A stretch of 32,000 nt of DNA, taken from the NCBI RefSeq assembly GCF_000940845.1, contig NZ_CP010341.1:480001-512000 (forward strand), read 5' to 3'. How positions within the stretch are numbered: position 1 is the stretch's first letter; each line of letters opens with the position of its first letter. This DNA comes from Propionibacterium freudenreichii subsp. freudenreichii (GTDB lineage Bacteria > Actinomycetota > Actinomycetes > Propionibacteriales > Propionibacteriaceae). Under the pieces are notes generated by a model that was not told where the DNA came from, did no database searches, and saw only the letters and a list, made by a program, of their open reading frames with translations. The position numbers and the translations under genes are program-made. Below are positions 1 through 7,472 of this stretch, piece by piece.

Positions 1-222
1 CAGGCAACAGATTGCGTTCGATGTGGCATCTAACAACAGTGTCCAGAACCCCCCACGTGGCGGGTGTGAGATGAGGTTTGACCAAATCTTGAGTCGGATC
101 CTCTTGATCAGGCGCCCTATCCCGAAGTCGATCAGCACGAGGCCGCCTATCCCCATCAGCCTGAGGATCGGCGAGTAGTTTCCCGACGAACTGAAGTTGG
201 TCACCAGTCTGAGAAGGACCAC
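1..222 (-). CDS. hypothetical small membrane protein (partial; continues past window start)
   Basis: Absent from the supplied track because no stop codon falls inside the window. The reverse-strand frame from GTG at 222 reads VVLLRLVTNFSSSGNYSPILRLMGIGGLVLIDFGIGRLIKRIRLKIWSNLISHPPRGGFWTLLLDATSN... Third codon positions are about 75% G/C by my count, while local DNA is only about 54% GC, which argues for real coding. A hydrophobic helix is followed by a basic stretch. Start codon is uncertain. Confidence 0.35.
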   Translation of the reverse strand, partial: MVLLRLVTNFSSSGNYSPILRLMGIGGLVLIDFGIGRLIKRIRLKIWSNLISHPPRGGFWTLLLDATSNAICCL

Positions 223-491
223 CTCAAGGATGAAGTATCGCGCGATCGACGGCGCGCTGGGTCTGAGGCAAACGTGCGGGCCGCAAGTGATACATCGTCA
301 TGCAGCTTGCTGCGTCTTGTCGGAGGTGCACAGGGTGCGGGGTCGACGTGGCGAAGCGGAGCTGGGATTGCTCCCGTCGTGACGTTCGACTCGGTCGTGT
401 CAGGTTTTGTCTCGGCCTTTTCCCCCCTCGCGAGAGGAAGGGTCGTCCGGGGACATGCTCTGCAGCGTCACATGCGGCGCCGAGTGACATG

Positions 492-536
492 AAAAACCCC
501 TCTGACTAGGAGTTTCACCTTGTCAGAGGGGTTTTA
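492..536 (-). terminator. intrinsic terminator-like hairpin downstream of tRNA-Leu (potentially bidirectional)
   Basis: Perfect 14-bp inverted repeat AAAACCCCTCTGAC (493-506) / GTCAGAGGGGTTTT (522-535) with a 15-nt loop. A and T runs flank both sides. It lies 8 nt beyond the tRNA 3' end. Confidence 0.7.
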
Positions 537-543
537 CTGCTTG

Positions 544-627
544 TGCGCGAGAGAGGAGTTGAACCTCCACGCCCTAAACGGGCACTGGCACCTGAAGCCA
601 GCGCGTCTGCCATTCCGCCACTCGCGC
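544..627 (-). tRNA. tRNA-Leu (anticodon CAG), class II with long variable arm
   Basis: The reverse complement folds as a cloverleaf. Acceptor stem GCGCGAG/CTCGCGC plus discriminator A. Anticodon stem CTGGC/GCCAG with loop TTCAGGT (anticodon CAG). Long variable arm TGCCCGTTTAGGGCGT. T arm GGAGG-TTCAACT-CCTCT. CCA is not encoded. Confidence 0.9.
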
Positions 628-757
628 ATGCCGCAATCAAACAGCTCCGAAAGACTAGCACGCAGGCCGAGTTGGAGGCCAACCCGACCACTGCGCCGTG
701 TCCCCGTCGCCCCGCCCGACTGCCAGCCCCCGACCCCGGGAAGAACCACCCCGCCAC

Positions 758-1456
758 ATGCGGCAGTCTGGAGGCGTGGGGGAAGCATTCGCAGGCATCG
801 CAGGCCTGGGCATCGCCGGGTTCGACCCGTTGGGGGCCCTGGCACTGATGGCTGCCATGGCGCTTGGAGCCCGTCGCCGCGCCATCGCGACCCTGCTGGT
901 CACCACGGTCGCCACCATCGTCGTGACCGGCTTCGTGCTCTCCAGCACGGTCGGCCCCTGGGCGATCGCGCAGATCCACCGCCTGCACGACCCGGGGCAC
1001 ATCGTCTGGGGCCTCATCGTGCTGGCCGCCGGCGTGGGTCTCCTGGCCTGGGCCATCGTCCGACTCGTGCGTGTGCCGCAGCCGAAACCCGACGACGCCA
1101 CGCGCTCGGGCCATTCGGTGGGAATGCTGGCGGTCATCGGGATCGGCGTCGGCCTGTCTGCATTCATCGACCCGGCCTTCTACGGCCTCCTGGTGGTGGC
1201 GGGCGGCATCCATTCCTGGCCGATGCGGCTCGGGGGCATCGTCCTGTGGGCCTGCCTCAGCCAGATCGCCCTACTGGCACTCAGCGGCGCCGTCTTCGCA
1301 GGCGCCTTCGCGCCGGTCCACCGGTTCATCACCCGCGTGCGCCAGCAATGGGGCGCCCGCGCCTCACGCTTCGCGTCCTGGGCGCTGCTGGTGATCGCCG
1401 TGATCATCTGCGTCGAGGGTGCCTTCGAACTCCACGGCCACTGGTGGATTCCCTGA
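758..1456 (+). CDS. integral membrane protein, function unknown (multi-TM)
   Basis: Track ORF 698..1456. Several hydrophobic segments are visible (GIAGLGIAGFDPLGALALMAAMALG, ATLLVTTVATIVVTGFVL, IVWGLIVLAAGVGLLAWAIV, MLAVIGIGVGLSAF, IVLWACLSQIALLALSGAVFAGAF, WALLVIAVIICV). ATG at 758 is chosen over 698 because the first 20 codons are Pro/Arg-rich and non-hydrophobic. Start is uncertain. Confidence 0.6.
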   Translation: MRQSGGVGEAFAGIAGLGIAGFDPLGALALMAAMALGARRRAIATLLVTTVATIVVTGFVLSSTVGPWAIAQIHRLHDPGHIVWGLIVLAAGVGLLAWAIVRLVRVPQPKPDDATRSGHSVGMLAVIGIGVGLSAFIDPAFYGLLVVAGGIHSWPMRLGGIVLWACLSQIALLALSGAVFAGAFAPVHRFITRVRQQWGARASRFASWALLVIAVIICVEGAFELHGHWWIP

Positions 1457-1490
1457 CGACCGTCCGGGCCGCTCACTGCGACGCCTCATT

Positions 1491-1535
1491 GGACACTTGT
1501 GCGGCGTCATTGCCGCACAGCTGTCCAGTTAGTGG
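1491..1535. repeat. hairpin-containing intergenic repeat, copy A
   Basis: GGACACTTGTGCGGCGTCATTGCCGCACAGCTGTCCAGTTAGTGG. An internal imperfect 15-bp stem (GGACACTTGTGCGGC / GCCGCACAGCTGTCC) has loop GTCATT. About 85% identical to copy B at 1804-1848 in the same orientation. Confidence 0.75.
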
Positions 1536-1614
1536 CCGGGCGCGGGGTGACGAGACCCGGCCGGAGGGACGGGACGTGGCCAGGGTTCTGCCGGTCCTGA
1601 TGCCGGAGGTGGTG

Positions 1615-1660
1615 ATAGGTGCGGATAAAGCACCATAGACGGTGCTTTATCCGCACCTAT
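1615..1660. repeat. perfect 20-bp inverted repeat (palindromic hairpin or protein-binding site)
   Basis: ATAGGTGCGGATAAAGCACC (1615-1634), loop ATAGAC, GGTGCTTTATCCGCACCTAT (1641-1660). Arms are exact reverse complements. The element is locally AT-richer than its surroundings and has no U-tract. Confidence 0.8.
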
Positions 1661-1689
1661 CCCTGGCCTGCCCGACGGGATCGGGCCTT

Positions 1690-1733
1690 CAGTGGATGGT
1701 CTTGACGCGTCTAATCACCACAACCATCCACTG
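1690..1733. repeat. 11-bp perfect inverted repeat with 22-nt loop
   Basis: CAGTGGATGGT (1690-1700) and ACCATCCACTG (1723-1733). Confidence 0.6.
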
Positions 1734-1803
1734 AGTGACGATCCCACCCGATCCGGCCCGAACCGGCCCCAGGACGCCGCCCGCACCCAAAACCCCGCTA
1801 AGT

Positions 1804-1848
1804 GGACAACTGTGCGGCGTCATTCCCGCACAACTGCCCATTTAGGGG
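1804..1848. repeat. hairpin-containing intergenic repeat, copy B
   Basis: GGACAACTGTGCGGCGTCATTCCCGCACAACTGCCCATTTAGGGG. Same core TGTGCGGCGTCATT-CCGCACA as copy A, 313 bp downstream. Confidence 0.75.
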
Positions 1849-1977
1849 GGAGCCGACGTCCAGCGAGTGGAGGGTCCGGCGCCCGCGGAATGGGGGCTCC
1901 GACTCCCAACGGGCCGGGACCCGCACCCAACAAGCGGAGGACCCGCACCCACCGAACCCGCGGCCACCCGCCCCGCC

Positions 1978-3246
1978 TCACGCCTCCGCAGAGCCGCCGG
2001 CCGTATCGTCCATGCCCTTGCGCTTCCGCGCCTTCATCACCGGCACCTTGCGCGCCACGGCGGGAACCGCAGTGGCCTTGCGCCGTGCCCGCCTGCGCGC
2101 CCGATATCCCAGGAACACCAAGACGGCCACCAGCGCCACTCCAGCGCCGATCAGCGCCCCGGCGGCCAGCGTCAGGCCGGTCTTCACCGGCGCCTGCTGC
2201 ACCTCCACATGCGGCAACGCGGCCAGCTTGGCGTCCACGGCATCAAGCGTCTTGGGAAGGTTCTGCGGGGTATAGCTGCCATGGGTGGCCGACCCGTTGG
2301 CGTGTTCCTGCGCCACCGAGCTGCTCCCGGTCATGATGCGGGTCAGGGCCCCCGCCGCGTCGCAGACCGGATCATCCTTCATGCACGCCGAATAGGTGCG
2401 GGGCGCGTCGACACCGGGCACGGTCGCCCGTGCGGAATCCATGGCGGCGTCGAGTTGCCGGTTGTCCACGGTGCCGTTGAACATCGCGAACAGGGCGGTG
2501 AGCAGCTGCTTCATCTGCTCGTTCTTGTCCTTGTCGGCGCTGCTGGCCGACGCCGCACGCAGGTAGTACAGCGCAGCGGACAGTCCATAGGAGCGGTTGG
2601 TGGCGGTGCCGTCGAGCTCGCTGACGTTCTGGCCGTCGTAGCGCAAGGGGTTGCCGAGCACGATCGCCCCCAGCAGGTTCGCGTCAAGGTTGCCCGACCC
2701 CAGCGCCCGGGTGACCACCTCGGCGCCCTGGCTGAAACCTGCCACCAGCAGCTTCTCGGACGGGCATCGCTTCGCCTCGGCCACGGCCAGGCGCTGCAGC
2801 TCGGCAACGCCCTTGTCCACCGAATCGGAGTAGGGCGGGGTTGAGGCCGACGCGGCGGGCAGCACCATCTGTTCGATCGCCGCGGCGTTCATGTCGTCCA
2901 GCGAGACGGCTGGATAGTCCAGGTAGACCTGCGCCAGCTTGAGGTCGGGACGCGCCTTCGCGGTGCGCGCGGCCAGTTCCTGCTCCAGCGGTGCGATCGT
3001 GTTGCCATAGGGGGCGGCCTCGCCCGACCCGCGTGCACCCACGAACAGCACCTGTGCGCAGCCCTGCTGCTTGGCATGCGTCGAGGCCAGTGGCTGGGTG
3101 CTCCACCAGCCGTCGTCGGCGCGCGCTGACGACGTGCCCAGCATGATGGTGGACGCCACGAGGGCCGTCAGCAGCAGGAACGCAACCAACCGGTTGCGCC
3201 GTCCCGGCCGACTCACCGTTGCCCCACTCGCGGCTGACCGACCCAT
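1978..3246 (-). CDS. cutinase-family serine esterase, secreted, with C-terminal transmembrane anchor
   Basis: Track ORF 1978..3291. Cutinase hallmarks are present: C-x-VLFVGARGSGE near the N-terminus, nucleophile elbow GFSQG, and late C-x-DDPVC plus THGSY. Signal-peptide-like RRNRLVAFLLLTALVASTIMLGTSSARA. C-terminal hydrophobic helix LTLAAGALIGAGVALVAVLVFLGY followed by an Arg/Lys tail. Start is ambiguous: GTG 3291, ATG 3246, or GTG 3216 with a nearby AGTGGGG. Confidence 0.8.
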   Translation of the reverse strand: MGRSAASGATVSRPGRRNRLVAFLLLTALVASTIMLGTSSARADDGWWSTQPLASTHAKQQGCAQVLFVGARGSGEAAPYGNTIAPLEQELAARTAKARPDLKLAQVYLDYPAVSLDDMNAAAIEQMVLPAASASTPPYSDSVDKGVAELQRLAVAEAKRCPSEKLLVAGFSQGAEVVTRALGSGNLDANLLGAIVLGNPLRYDGQNVSELDGTATNRSYGLSAALYYLRAASASSADKDKNEQMKQLLTALFAMFNGTVDNRQLDAAMDSARATVPGVDAPRTYSACMKDDPVCDAAGALTRIMTGSSSVAQEHANGSATHGSYTPQNLPKTLDAVDAKLAALPHVEVQQAPVKTGLTLAAGALIGAGVALVAVLVFLGYRARRRARRKATAVPAVARKVPVMKARKRKGMDDTAGGSAEA

Positions 3247-3361
3247 GTCCCGCGCCGATCGACCCGTGCACCACTCCATCACGGCGCTCACGCTACTGCG
3301 CGCCCGGGGCGTCCCCGGGCCGTTGCCCGCGCAGTGGGCCCGGTGGACCCCACGCGGTGCC

Positions 3362-3826
3362 TCAGATCGTGGAGGTGAACACCGGCGTCAACGTTGCCGA
3401 GGCCAGGGCATGAGCCTTGAGTAGTTCCTCCACGGCCGCCGGCTTCGCGTCCGCCGGCACTTCGAGGTGGGCCACGTCGAGCGCCCAGACGGTGAAGATA
3501 TAGCGGTGCACCTGTCCGTGCGGCGGGTTCGGGCCGCCGTAGCCGCGATAGCCGTAGTCGTTCTGCAGTTCGACGCTGCCGGTGGGCAGCGGCGTGCCCT
3601 GCACGGTGCCGGTGGTGGACACCGGAATGTCGAGCGCCAGCCAGTGCCAGAAACCGCCCTCCATCGGGGCATCGGGGTCCCAGCAGGTCAGTGCAAGGCT
3701 CTTCGCCCCGGCGGGCACCTCGTCCCAGCCGAGCTGGGGCAGGATGTTGCGGCCGCCCGCGCCACGTTCGGCAAAGACGAGCGCAATCTCCTCGCCCTGC
3801 TTCAGATCATCGCTGAACAACCTCAT
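3362..3826 (-). CDS. YbhB/YbcL-family PEBP (Raf-kinase-inhibitor-like) protein
   Basis: 154 aa. Contains the characteristic CWDPDAP...FWHW...GYGGPNPPHG-HRYIFTVWALD pattern of bacterial PEBP proteins. GGAGG lies 5 nt upstream of the ATG. Confidence 0.85.
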   Translation of the reverse strand: MRLFSDDLKQGEEIALVFAERGAGGRNILPQLGWDEVPAGAKSLALTCWDPDAPMEGGFWHWLALDIPVSTTGTVQGTPLPTGSVELQNDYGYRGYGGPNPPHGQVHRYIFTVWALDVAHLEVPADAKPAAVEELLKAHALASATLTPVFTSTI

Positions 3827-3859
3827 CGCAGCCTCCAGTCGTGTCGTTGACTGCCGAGT

Positions 3860-6412
3860 CTATCCGCCGACCGGGCCATCCTGACGTGCGAAACCCACCA
3901 CGTGCACCAGCAGGTCATCGGCCTCATCGCAGGCGTCCAGGTCGATCGTCGCGGTGATCGACCAGTCATGGTCACCCTCGGGATCGTCGATGATCTGGCG
4001 CACCTTCCACAGGCGCGTGGAATCGTCGATCTCGAGGAACTGCGGCCCACGGGCCTTCGGGCCGGTGCCGATGTCGTCGTGGTCGTCCCAGTACTTGCCC
4101 AGGGCGTCGTCCCAGTCGTTGTAGGTGAATGACGACTGCGGATCGGTGGAGTTCAACGCGGCCAGCGCCGGCACATCGTCGTCGGCGGCAAGCTGCACGC
4201 GACGGAACATCGCATTGCGCACCAGCACTCGGAAGGCCGCCTTGTTCGACGTCAACGTACGCGTGGGGCCGTGCGTGCCGGGTTCGTCGCCGGCTCCGGA
4301 ATCGCCGACGTCCTCGCCGAGTCGGGTCCACTCGTCGAGCAGTGACGAGTCGGTCATGCGCACGATCTCGCCCAGCCAGATGAGCAGCTCATCGAACTCG
4401 GGGGTGCGGGCGGCCAGCGGCACGGTCTGGCGCAGCGCGCGATAGGCGTCGGACAGATAGCGCAGCACCGTGCCCTCGGCGCGCTGCACCTTGTAGAAGG
4501 CGCAGTACTCGCCGAAGGTCATCGCCCGCTCGAACATGTCGCGCACCACCGACTTGGGACGCAGCCCCCATTCGACCAGCCACGGACGACTGGCCGTGAA
4601 GGCCGTGAAGGCGGCATCCAGTTCCTCGGCCATCGGCGTGGGATAGGTCACCTCATCGAGCGCGGCCATGCGTTCCTCGTAGTCGAGGCCGTCGGCCTTC
4701 ATCTCGGCAATCGCCTCCCCGCGCTCGCGGGACTCCTGGGCGCGCAGGATCGGACGCGGATTCTCCAGGGTCGCCTCGATGACGCTCACCACGCCCAGCG
4801 GGTAGTCGTCGGCCTCGGGGTCGAGCAGCTCCAGGGCCACCATGGCGAAGGCGCTCAGCGGCTGGTTGAGCGCGAAGTCGTCCTGCAGCTCGGTGCTCAG
4901 GTCGTACAGGCGGCCACCGGGCGTCGGGCTGTCACGGCGCACGATCACGCCCGACTCCACCATTGAGCGGGCCAGCTGCACGGCACGGTGCAGCAGCCGC
5001 ACGCGGATCATCCGGTCGCTCACGGCGGCATCGATGATGTGCACCAGCGCCACCGCCGTGTCCTCATCGCGCGACAGCAGGTTCAACAACATCGCGTGCG
5101 TCACGCGCATGCGCGCATGCAGCGTCTCGGGCGTCGATTCGATGAGCTTGTTGAACGTCGCCTCGGTGTAGTTGATGAAGCCCTCCGGCGGCTTCTTGTG
5201 GCGCACGCTCTTCTTCTTGCGCTCATCGTTGGCGAACTTCTTGGCGATGCGCGCGTTCTCCACCTGGTATTCGGGGGCCTGGGCCACCACATAGCCGATG
5301 GTGTCGAAGCCGGCGCGCCCGGCGCGTCCTGCGATCTGGTGGAATTCGCGGCTGCGCAACAGGCGCTGGCGTCGGCCGTCGAACTTGCTCAGCCCGGTGA
5401 ACAGCACCGTGTGGATGGGCACGTTGATGCCCACGCCCAGGGTGTCGGTGCCGCAGATGACGGTGAGCAGGCCCTGTTGGGCGAGCTGTTCCACCAGGCG
5501 GCGGTACTTGGGCAGCATGCCGGCGTGGTGCACGCCGATGCCGTGGCGCAGCATCTTCGACAGGGTGTTGCCGAAACCCGGCGAGAAGCGGAATCCGCCG
5601 ATGGCCGCCACGATCTTGTGGCGGTGCTCGGTGTCGATCAGCTTGGCGCTCATCAGCGCTTGGGCCTGTTCGGTGGCGGCGGCCTGGGAGGGATGCACGA
5701 TGTACACCGGCGACTGGCCGGTGCTGACCAGTTCGGAGATCGTCTCGTGCAGTGGGGTGAGGGCCCAGTGGTAGGTCAGGGGCACGGGACGCTCGGCGCC
5801 GCCGATCACCTCGGTCTCGCGTCCGGTCCACCTGGCCAGGCGGCCCTGCAGCTCGGTGACGTCGCCCAGCGTGGCGCTCATGATCACGAACTGGCACTGC
5901 GGCAGCTCGGACAGCCCCACCTGCCAGGCCCAGCCGCGGTCGGGATCGGCGATGAAGTGGAATTCGTCCATGATCACCAGGTCGACGTCGGCGTCGCGGC
6001 CCTCGCGCAGGGCGATGTTGGCCAGGATCTCGGCGGTGCAGCAGATGATCGGCGCGTCGGGGTTCACCGAGGCGTCGCCGGTGACCATGCCCACCAGGTC
6101 GGCGCCGAAGATGTCGATCAGCGCGAAGAACTTCTCGTTCACCAGCGCCTTGATGGGTGCGGTGTAGTAGCTGCGGCCGCGGTTGGACAGGGCGACGAAG
6201 TGCGCGGCGGTGGCGATCAGCGACTTGCCCGACCCGGTGGGGGTGGTGATGATCTCATTCGCCCCGGTGAGCAGCCCCAGTAGTGCGTCGGACTGGTGCG
6301 GGTACATCTCCAGGCCCTGCGCGTGGGTCCACGTCTCGAAGGCATTGAACAGGGCGTCGGGGTCGTGGGCGGCGTCGCCGGTGGGCAGCAGCTCGGTGAG
6401 CGTATCGGTCAT
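3860..6412 (-). CDS. Ski2-like DEAD/DEAH-box helicase with long C-terminal extension (DUF3516-type architecture)
   Basis: Track ORF 3860..6502. Walker A TPTGSGKS, DEFH box (VIMDEFH), SAT motif (MSATLG), and helicase C motifs (HHAGMLP, GTDTLGVGINVP, QIAGRAGRAG). ATG at 6412 (MTDTLTELLP) is chosen because upstream codons are Arg/Cys-rich and overlap the divergent promoter region. Confidence 0.85.
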   Translation of the reverse strand: MTDTLTELLPTGDAAHDPDALFNAFETWTHAQGLEMYPHQSDALLGLLTGANEIITTPTGSGKSLIATAAHFVALSNRGRSYYTAPIKALVNEKFFALIDIFGADLVGMVTGDASVNPDAPIICCTAEILANIALREGRDADVDLVIMDEFHFIADPDRGWAWQVGLSELPQCQFVIMSATLGDVTELQGRLARWTGRETEVIGGAERPVPLTYHWALTPLHETISELVSTGQSPVYIVHPSQAAATEQAQALMSAKLIDTEHRHKIVAAIGGFRFSPGFGNTLSKMLRHGIGVHHAGMLPKYRRLVEQLAQQGLLTVICGTDTLGVGINVPIHTVLFTGLSKFDGRRQRLLRSREFHQIAGRAGRAGFDTIGYVVAQAPEYQVENARIAKKFANDERKKKSVRHKKPPEGFINYTEATFNKLIESTPETLHARMRVTHAMLLNLLSRDEDTAVALVHIIDAAVSDRMIRVRLLHRAVQLARSMVESGVIVRRDSPTPGGRLYDLSTELQDDFALNQPLSAFAMVALELLDPEADDYPLGVVSVIEATLENPRPILRAQESRERGEAIAEMKADGLDYEERMAALDEVTYPTPMAEELDAAFTAFTASRPWLVEWGLRPKSVVRDMFERAMTFGEYCAFYKVQRAEGTVLRYLSDAYRALRQTVPLAARTPEFDELLIWLGEIVRMTDSSLLDEWTRLGEDVGDSGAGDEPGTHGPTRTLTSNKAAFRVLVRNAMFRRVQLAADDDVPALAALNSTDPQSSFTYNDWDDALGKYWDDHDDIGTGPKARGPQFLEIDDSTRLWKVRQIIDDPEGDHDWSITATIDLDACDEADDLLVHVVGFARQDGPVGG

Positions 6413-6479
6413 GGTGCCCCCATTCTCGCAGGCCCGGCGCCGCGACCGGTGCGGCAGAGTCGGCCTGCAGGTGCCGCAG

Positions 6480-6519
6480 GCACTCGCGTTCGGACGATGC
6501 ACGCACTCGCGTTCGGACG
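6480..6519. repeat. tandem direct repeat, two copies with 23-bp period
   Basis: GCACTCGCGTTCGGACG occurs at 6480-6496 and 6503-6519 (17/17 identical), in the divergent helicase / aldolase-like intergenic region. Confidence 0.8.
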
Positions 6520-6548
6520 GTCACGGCGCGGCGCACGGGGATGCGGGC

Positions 6549-7247
6549 ATGATGAATACCGTGACCAATTCCTCCAGCAGGCTGGCGCTTCCGGACGCAC
6601 TGACCACCACCAGGGGCGTGGTGCTGATGCCCCCCGACGAGGACTCCGGGGCCCTGATGCCGGTGCTGGAGGTGCTCGTGCAGGAGGGGCTCACCGCGAT
6701 CGCCCTGCCCTGCCCCCGCAGCGATGAGACAGCGGACGACGAGGGCGCCGACACGCCGCAGGACCCCTCGGCGGAGCTGACCGGGCTGATGGCGATGTAC
6801 TCCTTCCGCGCGACGGTGGGCATCCATGGGGTGCGCACCACGGCCGACGCCCAGTTGGCCATCCGCGCCGGTGCACGGTTCGCGTTCTGCCTGTTCCCCG
6901 AGCCCGGTGTGCTCGATGCCCTGCGGGTGGCCTCGATACCGGCCATCGTGACGGCCCTGACGCCCACCGAGGTGGAGCAGGCGTGGCAGGGCGCGGTCTC
7001 GGCGGTGCACGTGCGTCCCGCCGAGGTGTTCGGCACCGGATACGCGCAGGGCCTGCACGAGCTGGTGCCCGACGCCTCACTGATCGCCACGGCCCAGAAC
7101 CGGGCGGCGGTCGAGGCGTGGCTGTGGGCCGGTGCCACCGCGGTGAGCTTCGGGCAGTCGCTGCTGTCGCGGGTGTTCCTCAGCCAGGACTACTCGGCGT
7201 TGCGCCAACGCGTCGCCGAGATGGTCTCCGCCGTAAAGTCTGCCTGA
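6549..7247 (+). CDS. KDPG/KHG-aldolase-like (Eda-fold) protein, apparently degenerate
   Basis: In-frame ATG ATG at 6549 inside track ORF 6183..7247; the upstream part of that ORF overlaps the helicase start. By-eye collinearity with E. coli Eda: GVVLMPP...LVQEGLTAIALPCPR / VGIHGV...AIRAGARFAF / IPAIVTALTPTEV / VRPAEVFG / FGQSLLS. An acidic insertion (SDETADDEGADTPQDPSAE) is present. Confidence 0.5.
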   Translation: MMNTVTNSSSRLALPDALTTTRGVVLMPPDEDSGALMPVLEVLVQEGLTAIALPCPRSDETADDEGADTPQDPSAELTGLMAMYSFRATVGIHGVRTTADAQLAIRAGARFAFCLFPEPGVLDALRVASIPAIVTALTPTEVEQAWQGAVSAVHVRPAEVFGTGYAQGLHELVPDASLIATAQNRAAVEAWLWAGATAVSFGQSLLSRVFLSQDYSALRQRVAEMVSAVKSA

Positions 7248-7410
7248 GAAATTCTCAGGAAAGGCCCGATCGTGGGGCCCTGGGGGTCTCGCGCGGCCGT
7301 CCTTGGATGGAGCCATCGGGCGGCGATCCCCGCGTGGAACGCGCAATTCTGACCCGAATCTGAGAAAAACTGCGTCAGTTTGTAAGTTCTCTCAGCTTTC
7401 GTTTATAGTT
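7243..7410 (+). promoter_or_regulatory. structured AT-rich 5' leader of the NlpC/P60 gene; candidate attenuator / ydaO-type (c-di-AMP) riboswitch
   Basis: Four copies of CTGAGAA/TTCTCAG are seen (7244-7250, 7252-7258, 7360-7366, degenerate 7387-7395), allowing alternative pairings. A compound hairpin at 7360-7395 (outer CTGAGA/TCTCAG, inner AAACTG-CGT-CAGTTT) is followed by the U-rich CTTTCGTTTATAGTT. G-rich and ACCCGAA-like elements (GTGGGGCCC, GGATGGAGCC, GACCCGAATC, CGTCAG..GTAAG) loosely recall ydaO conserved blocks. Not verified by covariance model. Confidence 0.35.
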
Positions 7411-7472
7411 CAGGAGGCAGCCGGTCGGGCCGCCAACACCAAGACACTCGTTTGAAGCAAGTGAGGATACCT

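Noticed and set aside
520-1638. 372-aa plus-strand ORF
   Set aside because: It runs through the tRNA-Leu gene and out of frame across the membrane-protein gene. The translation is Arg/Pro-rich junk.
1457-1977. Replication origin (oriC) suggested by DnaA-box-like 9-mers, also at 28758-28799
   Set aside because: There is no dnaA, dnaN, rpmH or parAB context. The matches are only 7-8 of 9 and few in number, and no AT-rich unwinding element is evident. The idea is kept only as a speculative DnaA-binding possibility inside the findings.
6183-6548. N-terminal 122 codons of ORF 6183..7247
   Set aside because: This stretch overlaps the 5' end of the helicase gene on the opposite strand and the divergent promoter. 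Eda-fold similarity begins only after the ATG at 6549.
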